NCBI GenBank assembly: GCA_013265495.1
Contig: MU059902.1
Span: 3,245,862-3,309,861 of the forward strand
Length of the DNA stretch: 64,000 bases
Source: Vicugna vicugna
Lineage: Eukaryota
Direction: 5' to 3'
This document shows, piece by piece, positions 1 to 11,200 of this stretch. The stretch's first letter is position 1. The number at the start of each line of letters is the position of its first letter. Under the pieces are notes generated by a model. The model searched no databases. It was not told the DNA's origin and saw only the letters and a program-made list of their open reading frames with translations. Position numbers and translations under genes: made by a program.

Positions 1-220
1 TAGCTCTTAATCCTCCCCCCTCATCTTGCCCCTTCCCTGTCCCTCTCCCTACTGGTAATCACTCATTCCGTCTCTATATCTGAGTCTGTTTCTCTTCTGT
101 TATATTCACTAGTTTGTTGTATTTTTTTCTTAGATTCCACTTGTAAGTGATATCTTACAGTATTTGTCTTTCTCTAACTTACTTCACTCAGCATAATGCC
201 CTCCGAGTTCGTCCATGCTG
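1..220 (-). mobile_element. LINE-1 3' end fragment (ORF2 terminus/3' UTR), antisense
   Basis: 'ttagattccacttgtaagtgatatcttacagtatttgtctttctctaacttacttcactcagcataatgccctcc' is the reverse complement of the typical mammalian L1 3' end. Boundaries approximate. Confidence 0.85.
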
Positions 221-264
221 TGCGCCAGAAACTAACACAACAATTTCAATCAGCTGTACTTCAA

Positions 265-460
265 TTGAAAGCAAACAACCAATCAGCCAACCCATTTAAA
301 ACATGAGCAGAAGAACTGAGCAGACATTCTTCCAAAACAGGAAATGCAGTTGGCCAACAGGAACAGGGAAAGTTGCTCAGCATCACTCATACCAGGGAAA
401 TGCAGATCAAAATCACAATGAGACACCACCTCACCTGTCAGAGTGGCCATCATCAAAAAG
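265..460 (+). mobile_element. LINE-1 ORF2 C-terminal fragment (degenerate)
   Basis: 'aacccatttaaaacatgagcagaagaactgagcagacatt...agggaaatgcagatcaaaatcacaatgagacaccacctcacctgtcagagtggccatcatcaaaaag' matches DNA for the L1 ORF2 motif NPIKKWAKDLNRHF...REMQIKTTMRYHLTPVRMAIIKK. Confidence 0.85.
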
Positions 461-494
461 CCTCCGGCCTCCTTATAAGGACACTTGAGATGGC

Positions 495-645
495 ACGGAG
501 CCGCCCGGATAACCTGGGGCCATCTGCCCATCTCTAGGTCTTCAACTTAATCCCATGTGCAGAGTCCCTTTTCCATGTGAAGTGAGATACTCGCAGGTTC
601 CCTGGATTAGGGTGTGGGCATCTTGGGGGCCATTAGAATACCCAC
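495..645 (-). mobile_element. ERVL-MaLR (MLT1C/D-like) LTR 5' fragment
   Basis: 'cttaatcccatgtgcagagtcccttttccatgtgaagtgagatactcgcaggttccctggattagggtgtgggcatcttgggggccatt' resembles the reverse complement of the MLT1 LTR start (recalled consensus). Confidence 0.65.
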
Positions 646-1469
646 CTTTGGTGTCTTAGCAGATGGAGTGACTCTCGGATTCCTCAGTTGAGCATATTTC
701 ATTAGAAGAGCAGCTGGAGTGGAGAGGAAGCCAGGCCTTTGGGTTGACCAGCTTCTGCAGACGTCAGGCAGGAAATTCGGCCCCTGGGGTACCTCCTTAC
801 TCAGGAGAGCACTCCTGTGTACGCTACCAACCAAATGCCAGGCCCGGCTGTGACCTCACCTGTCACTCGGTAGGGTGTCCGTCAGGAAGCCATGCCTGCA
901 GCTTTGTAGCATGAAAACTTAGCCCAGGAGGTCAGAAAACAACTTTGAATTTCAGCCATGAAGGGTGTGTGCTGAGAGGCGGGGCTCGCTGCACCCTCAC
1001 ATGTAACACAGGGGGCTTCCTGGGCAGGCTGGCCACAGATGCAGTCACGTCTCAGTGTCAGCTCCTGCACAACTGCTAACGTCCCAGGCCCCAGGGAGGA
1101 AGGGCAGGTTTGTTACCGTGTTCTTCGCCAGCTGAAGAGATGGGACATCCTTGCCGACAGTCGCCTGCTTTATTCCTTTAGTCAGCATCAGAAGCGGCTT
1201 CCTGCCCTGTGTAAACGTGCCTGCTGCAGAGAAAGGAAAACGAAGGGAGTGATTTGTTTCAAATGTCACATCTTATTATTACCTTTTCACCCCCTCAAGA
1301 CACTGCAGAGGGTCTGTGGACACACCGTCCCCTCGGGTTTGGGATGCCCTTCCCCAGAACGCTGTTACAGAAGGGCGCTCAGACCCCACCAGTAATGACC
1401 GTCCTGGGCTTCTGTCCACACGACATGATCAGTGTGTGGAAGTGACCTCCCCAAGGGATGGTCACTCCT

Positions 1470-1560
1470 GCGCCCATTTGCAGATGAAGAAACCAAGGCA
1501 CAGCAGGTTCCTGGCTTACTCCCTGCCCGGTGGCTGAGCCACGTTCAAACCCAGGCCTGT
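1470..1560 (+). mobile_element. MIR SINE fragment
   Basis: 'cccatttgcagatgaagaaaccaaggcacag...ttcaaacccaggc' is the MIR core. Confidence 0.6.
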
Positions 1561-3140
1561 GGGACCCCAAAGCCCATGGAACCCAGGGCTCCTCATCAGG
1601 GCACGGTCACCTGAGGGAACTGCAGGCTCCCGGGGGTTGCTTCAGGCCCTGAGAGCCTGCCTCCCGTGGAGATGCTTGTGGGGACTGTCTGTGTCAGGGT
1701 TTTTCACCTGTGCCTGCTTCAGAGGCTCAGAGGAGAACTGAGCGGTCCCCTCCTGTTCTCCTTTCCTGGGCCCGGAGTGGCCCCAACACCCCGCCCCTGT
1801 CCGAGGCAGCACATGGTGCCCAGCGGGACATGGGCAGATCACACCACTTTTAAATAAACTAGCCATGCTCCGGGTGGATTTGGATGTGTGACCTAGTGGA
1901 AAAGGCCCCAGGCAGTGTCTCAGCGCTTGGGCTGCTCAGCCAGGCTGAGCGCCTCTCCACTGCCCCCCACGGAATGGCCCTGCGCGCATGGCAGGTCATG
2001 CTTGCTCTGGCAGTTTCTGAGACAAAGTGAGCTGGAACCAAGTTAGACCCGAGTCGGAGTTGTCCCCCTACTCAGACGGGCCCCCACGGTGTCCCAGGCT
2101 GAGGTTGAGGCTGGCCCAGCACACAGGAGGTGAGCGGCCCTTCCCATGACCCTGCCCCCGTGCCCGGGGGAGGGTGGAAGGAGCGTGGCTTCGGGGCCTC
2201 GCGGGGCCACTCGGGCCGAGGGTGACCACGGTGCGAGTTGAGGCCAAGCATCTGCTGGAGGGCCCCCATCCGGCTGGAGTTGGCCGTGGCCTGCTGTCCA
2301 CACATGGGCCACATCCCCACTGGTTCAGGGGTGATAGAACTGCCAGACTGGGAGGGGGATGAGCATCATCAAACAGACAAGCTAACAGGCCCACAGGTAC
2401 CTGGAGCTGGACGCCCTGAAGGAGAGGAGGGAGCCCTGTTCTAGAAAGAGCCACGGGGGCACCTGAGCTGCCGTGCAGAGGGTGGACCAGGCATGGCACT
2501 GGGAGCAAGAGGCAGCATGGCGGTCTGTGGAGTGGATGTGTTTGCTCCCATAAAGCTGAGACCCATTGCTGGTAACCCCCCACCACTGTGGACCGGCCGC
2601 TCCGGGCCCTCGGGTCCAGTGGCTGGCGGGAGGGGAGGAGGGAATAGGGGCGAGCCTTGCTGACATCCTGGAGCTGACAGACAGTGGACATGGCTGGGGC
2701 TGCCCTGAGGCGCCCCTGACCACCCCTCCCTCGGCGACTGACCACAGACCCCAGGGTCGCGAGGGGTGGACTTCCCGAGCCAAGGGCCGGGGGAGGGGAG
2801 GTCCTGAGCCCGGGAGGGGCCTCAGCAGCACTGGGGTCTCTCCTTGTCAGTTTCAAATTAGGTCCCAGCCCCTCCGTTACCGGGTCCAGTTTTCAGCTTT
2901 CAGGCACCTCCCTGTGGCTGGCCAGCCAGTGGCAGCTAAAGCCTGTGGCTTGTGAGGATAACAATGTTGCCGTCCCTGAAGGGTGAAGAGACTGGCGCTT
3001 TGACTGTAACAGAAGTTTTCCCGACTTTTAGGAAGCAATCATTGTGGCTTGTACCCTGAGTGCCACTTGGGGCAGCGTTTTCTTCTGTGTCGAATGCTCG
3101 CCGCAGTCGTTTCTTGCTTTTGTTGGGTGGGGCAGGTAAC

Positions 3141-3230
3141 TAGGTTTGTATTTACTTATTTTTCCTGGAGGTACTGAGGACTGAACCCAAGACCTTGTGC
3201 GTGCTAGGCACACAGGCTACCACCTCCCCC
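3141..3230 (-). mobile_element. tRNA-Ala-derived SINE (vic-1-like), degenerate
   Basis: Reverse complement reads ...cctagcacgcacaaggtcttgggttcagtcctcagtacctcc followed by an A-rich tail. Same family as the copies at 56200-56322 and 59608-59706. Confidence 0.75.
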
Positions 3231-5257
3231 TGAAATCATTTTTAATTAGAATTTTCTTCGGATTTCTACCCTACCCAAAATGAGACGCGATCACCATGCG
3301 TTTGCTTTGGTGGTTGGTAGGGGACTTATGTGGGGGACAAGGCAAGGATGTGTTTCTGTTTGTTCTTCAAAACAAACGGTGGGCAATGAAAGGCCCCAAA
3401 TTCACTGCTCCCGCATCCCTGCCCCTGGCTGGGGAGTTCTTGGGGTTTCCTCCCTCTTGAGGGAGGGGCTTGTCCTGCTTCTCGGCCTGTGACCCCAGTA
3501 TCTCTGCCTGGTTGTGGGTGAGGGGACACTGGCTGGCACTGGGGGCGGCCTGATCGGGACAGGCAGGGGCGCCGGAGACCCTCAGGGACGACCACCTTCC
3601 CTTCCCACTCTCTCACTGGAAACGGCCCATAGGGGCCACGTGAGGGCCCTTCCCAGGGTGGGACCAGGCACTTTGCATGTTGCTGACCCCGTGGCCTTTC
3701 TTCCCCCCAGAAGTGGCTGCGTCTGACCCGGAGAGCCCCCTGTAAGTACGGAGTGAACGTGGCACGGAGTGTCCTGGCACTTTGTAACACGAGTAACCGC
3801 TGCCGCTTCCAGCCTGCCCACACGCTCACCCCTAACAGTCCCATGCTGCCTTGATGTGTCTGTCTCACTGGGTCTCCACACATGCTTTGTGGGGCCTGTC
3901 TCCGTTGGGGTTCCTGGGTGTTAAAAGCTCCCTGCAGCCAGCCCTGGTTCTGGGGAGCATTTCCCAGTGTCCTGCATAGGACTTGGGCAGGAATCTCCTT
4001 GAGCCCGAGTGCTGGTGGCGGGGGGCTGTTCTGACCCCCGAGGGAAGCCCCCAAGGATTAGTGCTGCCTCAGGGTCCAAATTCACACCATGGGTGATGGT
4101 AATGATGGTACCTAGTGCCCCCCGCCCCCAGGCTGGGGCCTCGGCAATTGGCTCATTTCACGCCAGCCCCGTAGTTACCCTGTGAGGCAACCCTGTCTGC
4201 TTACAGGAGAGAAACTGAGCTCCACGAGATTAAGTCCAGGGAAGAGGGTGCCGAGGACGGTGTGGGGGGCATGACTGGGAAGGTGGGGAGCACCTAGCAA
4301 CTGTGACCTCCTCCTCCTCCAGAGGAGACACTCCCAAGGTGCAGCCACCGGCATATATACTTAGGACCCCAGGGTTGTGCAGAGAGGTCGGGCTGGGGTC
4401 CTAAGTATAGGAGTGTCATGGGAACCCCTGTCAACCTACAGGGAAGAAAGTGCTGGTGTGGGAAGGTGGGGAGCACCTGGCGGCTCTGACCAAGGACAGG
4501 GCATGTCGTGGGAAGGCAGGTGTCCGCAGCTCAGAGGAGAGGCTGGTCTGGTGGGCAAGACTGACAGGGAGGAGGGGACCCTGGCAGGACAGATGCGGTC
4601 CTACCTGGACGGAAGGGCAGGGGGACGAGGGCTGAAGTGCAGACTCCAGGGGGGACTTCCGACCGCGGTCAGCGCGGCAGTTGGGCCTGACCCTGTGTGT
4701 GATGCCGTCAGCCCAGCATCGGGAACACCGGAGCCAGGGGGCTGGGGTGGGGCGGGGGCCGGTGAAGGAGGGCTCTTCAGTGGTGCTCAGAGCACAGAGA
4801 ACGTGGCGGGGCAGCCTCGTGGCTCCAGGGGCACCAGGAAGGCCACCGCGTGCACAGTGCAGTGGCAGATTTGTCCTGAGCCTGCAGAGGGGGCTGGCCC
4901 CCAGGGCAGGAGTGACTGGAGGCATCCGTCCACAGACGCTGCCACTCCTGGGGGTAGAGACCCACGCTTGGAGGGGATGGGTGGGTCTTGATGGCGGCTG
5001 CCAAGATCCCTTCAGCTCCAAATGTTTATGTAAACGACGAAGGAAACCCTGCTCACTGGAAAGGTAAACCGTCAGGGGCTACTAGTTAGGTAGTGCGATG
5101 TTTTGTTGTTTTGATGTCCTAGCAGTTAGCAGAAAGGTCTGTGCTGTCTAACCAGGTGTCTTTTAGTGTCCCTAGTACCGCTGATGTCTGCGCCCCTCCC
5201 CGCCAGCCTGGCCGCCCTGGGCCGGAGGCTCCCTGACCCGCTGTCTGTGCTCTGCAG

Positions 5258-8200
5258 GCTATGTCATCACCATCTCTGGGCGCATGACCTTCACGAGCAA
5301 TAAGTCCATGGAGATCGAGGTCTTAGTGGATGCCGACCCCGTGGTGGACAACTCCCAGAAGCGCTACCGGGCCGCCAGTGCCTTCTTCACCTACGTGTCC
5401 CTGAGCCAGGAGGGCAAGTCTCTGCCTGTGCCCCAGCTCGTGGTGAGTGGCCCGTGTGTCCCTGGGAGCAGCCACCCTCCCCTGCTGGGCTGGCCCCTTG
5501 GTGCTCGCTGGGCTCCCAGGAGAAGCCAAGTTACATGAGTCCATTCTGCACACCGGGTACAAATGCTAGAGTAGGGGTGGGGACCCTCCCAGGGGCGAGC
5601 TCTCTAGGAGCCCTTCGCTGAAGTGTCCTGCATGATGGGAACCAAGCCAGACCCCGGTACCTCGGGGCTGGGAGTCTGGGCCTCGTGGCCTTTCTCTGCC
5701 CCAGCCCCCCGGGGCTGGGCTCTGCCCTGGGTGTGCAGGCAGGCAGCTGCCATCGTGAGCAGAGCTGGGAGTCTCTGGCCCAGGCACGGGTCCAGGAGGG
5801 TCACAGCCACCAGCAAGCTTTGCTCAGCCGTGGTCCCGGGCCCTGCAACTCCAGAGGCTGCTGCTGGGGCTGCCGGCGGGCAGGCTCACTAGCGTTGTCT
5901 TCGCTGGGTGAGCAGAAGGTTGGCTTCGCTGACCTGTGATGCTTTCCCTCCCTCCTGCCCCGCCCCCCGCCCCAGCCCACATCTCAGCTCTTGACACCCG
6001 CAGGCCCCCCATGCTCAAGGCCACAATCCCAGAAACTTCCTGGGCTCCTGCCCCCTCAGGCCCACCCCTGCCCGGTCCTGGCAGCACCACCTCTCTCCCA
6101 GCCCAGGTCGCTGATGGCACCTAGGGCCACCACAGCCTCCTCCCCGGTCCCTCCCTCCCTCTCACACTCACACACACTCCACTCTTCACAGCACCGGGGT
6201 GATCTCGTTCTCAGCTCTTAAGATCTTGTCACTTCCCTGCTGAAACTTCGGGTCCTGGTGCATTTAGAATAAAATCCGTACCTAAGGCTCATGCCTTGAG
6301 GCTGCGTGTGCCCCACCCCAGCCCACCTCTGCCCACCGCAGCCTGCTCCCTGCCCTGCCTGGAGCCACCTGCTGCCCCCGCACAGGCTCCTGGCTACCCG
6401 TGGGGCTAAGCCCCCTCACCCCCGTGTGAGCCCAATGTCATCTCCTTGGAGGAGTCTCCTTGACCTCCCACCCAGAGTGTCCTGGTCACAGTCTGGCCTC
6501 ACCCCTCCCTTCTGTAAAACACCATTCCCCCAACTGAGGGGCGCTGGTCAGTTGCCACCTGCCCCTCCCCCACTGGGCTGAGCTTCACAGAGTGTGGAAC
6601 ATGTGCTCCTAATGGGTCACTGGGGCCTGGAACAGTCCTGGCACTTAGTAGGTGCGCTCTGGAAAATGTGTGAATCCTACTGTGTGCCGGGCCTGCCCTT
6701 GAGCATGAAGCCAAGTTGGGGAGGAGAGACAGGCGGTGTGGGCGCTCGGAGGAGCAGGGGGAGTGCGCTGCGCCCGAGGCCTTCCACCTGGGGCAGGGTG
6801 TGAAGTGGTGCCAGGGAGTGGGCAGGAGCCCCCAGGAAGGCCAGTGGGGCAGGGAGTCGTGTTGGGAGGTTCCAGGAGCTGGAATCCCAACAACTTGGCA
6901 AGTGCCAGCCATGCAGGAGTCTGAGGGCCAGGGCGCCCGAGACAGCAGGGGTCAAGGCCGGGCATGGAAAGGGGGCGGGGTGGGGGCTGGGGTGAGGCAC
7001 TCGTAATTCTGTATTGAATGAACGAATGAATGATGGGTCCAGATTCCCCTCGAGGCTGGTGAGCCTCACAAACTCCCCAGCAGTGCCAGTCAGGGTCACT
7101 GCCCCGCCTGGCAGGTGTCCTCATGCCCAGCGTCTCTGAGTCCTCTGCCTGCTTCTCTCAGCCAACCTCATCCCAGCCCTGGGGGCCGGGCTCCCCTGCT
7201 CGCTACTCTGTTACACAGGCGAGGACCCCCTCGGACCAGCCAGGCTGAGGCATTTGGGGAAGGTCACGCAGCTGGTCCAGGGCAGCCCGGGTTTTCACAG
7301 ACTTTCTGTTGCCGGGTGTGGAGACAGCCTCCATTCAGGCTGCTCCTGGTTTACCTCTTGAGCCAGACCCTGCATCTGTCACTGGGGGCAGCTCTTCTGG
7401 GACCAGGAAGAAACCAGAACCCTGGGCTATAGTCAGGGTGAGGGCGTGAGGGGCAGAGAAGCCTGGGCGGTGAGGGTCCCAAGCGCCTGGCACTTTTGTG
7501 TAAGCGGCTGGCAAGTGACTCGGGCTCCTGCCAGTCTGAACCCTGCTGCCAGAAGCACCTCGCGGGGCCCCAGCTGCCCCCACAGCGTCTGCTCCCCACA
7601 CAGATCTGCGCCTCCCGGAGAAGCGCATGTACTGAAAGCCTCTGTACCAAGGAAACAGGTTGCGTGTAAGGTCTCACTTCCTCGCACAGCCCAGGCACAG
7701 GGCTCCCGCTTGCTTATTCCTGTGCCCGAGGACGGCCGCCTGCCTGGCCGACCCTGGCCTGCCCGTCACCAGTCCCTTCTTGGTAGCTGCAGAGGCGCCT
7801 CCTTTCTGGGGCCTCAGTCCCATGGGGGCGGCGCCTGGCTCTGGTGCGGGAGCCGTCCCGCCTTGCCAAGGCTGCCGTGGCGGCAAAGCCCAGGGGAGCC
7901 TCAGCTGCCCTGAGGGTCCTCCCTGTCCCTCCCCCACCCTCCACACACCTTCCCACTCGCTCTTTGCTGCGTTGGGTCCTACCCCGGGGCTCCAGTGAGT
8001 CAGGTGGCAGGTCATGATCCTCCTCTGGACATTGGCAGGGGCTGCACAGAGGAGGGTTGGGGAACCTGGCTTTGGAGGATGGGGGTGCCACCTTGTGAAG
8101 GAAGTAAGGAAGAGCCAGGGTGGGTGCCATCCTCAGGCAGGCACCGCATTTCTGACGTGCCTGTCACCGCCGCCCCTTGCCGCCGTACGAACCCTGGCCC

Positions 8201-11200
8201 TGCCACCCGGTGACCAGGCCTGTTGGTGTGGGGGTCCCATCAGCCTCGGCCTCTCCCTCCCGATGTCTCCAGCCCCACAGCCCCCAGCCTCGGGTCTGTC
8301 GTGAGAGTTCCTGGGCCCAGTGCCGCCTCCCTGGGGCCCACCTCCCCCTTGCTCCTGCCCCCATCTCTCACCCCAGCCCCAGGCAGGGCCCCCTCCCCTC
8401 CGACAACACTCCTGACAGAGCCCCCCTGGGCCTGCCGCACCTGAGCATGAGGACCGGGACGCTCGTCCTGCAGGCCCCCCTCGCCCCGCTACCAGGCGCC
8501 TCAGCAGGATGGCTTCCACCCCCTCAGCGATGCACGTCCGTGCCCCTGATCTCTGCAGACGGACCTGACCTTCTCTGACCTTGACCTTCACAACCATGTG
8601 TCTCTGGGTCTTGGACTGCTTCTTCGCAGAACCCTTCCTGCCCATCTTGGCCCCAGATGCAGGCTTGCCCTTGTTTTCTCCCAGACCCTTGTCCCATCTC
8701 TCTCCATATGGCCAGTGTCCCTCGGGGACACCGGTCAGCGTGACTGCTCCCAGCATCTCCATCCTGGACACTGAATTCCCACCACACACGCACGAATCCT
8801 TGACCTCTCTCCTCCCTGCCTCCCGCCCTCCCTGGCCTCCAGCCTCTAGCAGGGTGGCCAGATCCAAGGACAGTCTCCCTCTTTATCTCACTGGCCTCTC
8901 CCTGGCTTTGGCACAACTTGCTGAGCCTCGGTGAAGCCTGTGCTCCCTCTACAGTGTCCAGACAGCCACGCTGGGGTCCTCTGAGCATGAGGCTCTGATG
9001 GACCCTGACCTGTATCCTTCCCTTCCTGGGGGGCTGGGCCCAGGCCCGGTGCCTCATCTGTTTACTCCCACATCAACTGCCCCCTCTGCTTCTCTCCACA
9101 GGGTCTTAGCAGGCATTTCAAACACAATTTATTCTGAATTAAACTTGTAGTCTCCAGCCACTCCCCAACCCCTGCAAAAATCCCACTCCTCCTGGTGTGT
9201 TTCCTCTCCTGTTGAGTCTAGGAACCTGGCTGGCTCCTCTCTCCTGCTCAGCCCTGCGCTGCACACCCGCCTCCCTTCCTGCTGCCCTTGCTCTGATGCT
9301 GCCCTGCGTCCGGGCAGGTTTGTTAGAACAGGATTCTCCCTCTCCTGCCTAAACTGCTTAGCAGCTCCTCGATGGCACAGGGTCCAGCCAAGCAGGCCGC
9401 CTCTGTTCTTCAAATCCCAAACTCAGTCCTGCCTTAGGGCCTTTGCACTTGCCGTTCCTCTGCCTGGACACCTTCCCTCAGATTGTCGATGAGCCAGCTC
9501 CTTCCACTGTTGCCCAGATGTTTCCTCTTTGATGGCCTTCCCTTGCCTCTCTAGACAAAGCCTTACCACCCAGTGGCTCTTTCCTATTGCCATGCTGGCT
9601 TTTGGCACTCGGCACCATCTGAGATTGCCCAGCGAGCATGCACATCTGTTTAGTGTTTGTCCCTGGACCCAGGGTGTGACCCCAGAATGCCTGATGCAGA
9701 AAATGTTGTGAGTGATTTACACGCTTGCCCGCTGCTCCAGCCACATCTCTCTACCCTGCCGGACAGCTGGAGGGATAAAGGCATGAAGACCCCATGCCGC
9801 CCTCCCCTTGCCTGGGGACAGGCTCACACCAGGGAACAGGTGTCACTGCCTGGTTCTAGTCGATGCCCTGACTGTACTAGTTGTGTGACCTCGGGCACAT
9901 ATTTCCTGTGCGCCTCAATTTCCTCATCTGTACAATGGTGCCGGTTCTAGTATGTGACCCAGAGAGTGGGTGAAGATTCCACAAGCTCGTTTATATCAAT
10001 GGCTCCATTATCGCCTGCTGCTGCTCACTGTTCTTGCCCAGAGTCCTCCTCGCTAGAGCCCCCGCCCTGCTAGAAGGAGAGAGACTGAGAACCAATAGGG
10101 ACAACAGAGGATGTTAGATGGTGGCAAATGCCGTGAAGGAAAAAGCAGGAGGCAGGAGGTCAGCACGTGCTGAGAGCAGTTGCAGCTGAAATAGATTCCT
10201 TCCAGAGAGGGCCGCAGTCAAGTCGGGCCAAGTTGGTGGGAGAGAGAGGAGAGGAACCAGGAACTCAGAGGGCTGGGGGCCGAGTTGGCCACTTGTTCCA
10301 GGAGAGGAGGGGCAGTGACACCCCCGAGACCACCCAGCAGCTAGAGGGCCAGCCTGGCCCCGAGACCCAGGACTGTCCGGGTGGCTGAGGGAGGTTGGGG
10401 CCTGCAGGACTCCCCAGATGCTCATAAGGCCCAGGATGGCCGAGGAGTTGGGACCATCTTTACTTTGGAAAGGCTCCTACAGAGCAAATGCAAGTGGACA
10501 GGGTGTTCCGGCAAGGTGTGCGGTACAGCCTTGGCTTGATAGAAGGCCCCCTCCACCCTGCATACACCCCAGGACTCAGCCCTCTGGGGAGCCCCATGCT
10601 GCAGCCCTGCTGGAGGGTCCGCAGTCTGTGGGCACGGGGAGGAGGGCCTGGCGCTCCAGGGTCCAGGCTCCCACAGAGAGCAGCCTGTGGTCAAGGAGCC
10701 CTTCATGGGGGAGCCCGAGACCGTCTGAGAGCTGGGAGGCAGTCTGGGGGCCGGGCCGCTCTGTGTACCCGGGAGGCTACTGGTGCCCTTTCCAGAAACC
10801 TCGGCCCTAGGGCTGGGGGTATTGGTATAGAAGGAGCTGGCAGGGGTGGTGGAGAGTCACCTGCTGGAATGAAGGGGATGGTGACTGAATTCCCAGATTT
10901 GAAGGGCCAGTGGTTGGTGATGGCCACATCTTCTGCCGGCTGGCTTCACGTCAATCCAGGCTATTTCTTGCTAATTTAAGATGGTCTTTGACACTTCACT
11001 GAGGTGACCTGGGGGCCACCGATGCGGATGAAAACAGCCTCGGCGGGGAGAGGGGTCGACTCCCCAGAGAGGGTTTTCAGCTCAGCCTGGCCCCCGCGAC
11101 GCTCACAGAGGAAACACCAACAGGCAGTGTCGTCTGCCTCTCTGCCCGCGTGTGCTCCGAGAGGCCTGGGTGCGTGGCCCGCCGTGGGGGCTCAGCCCTG

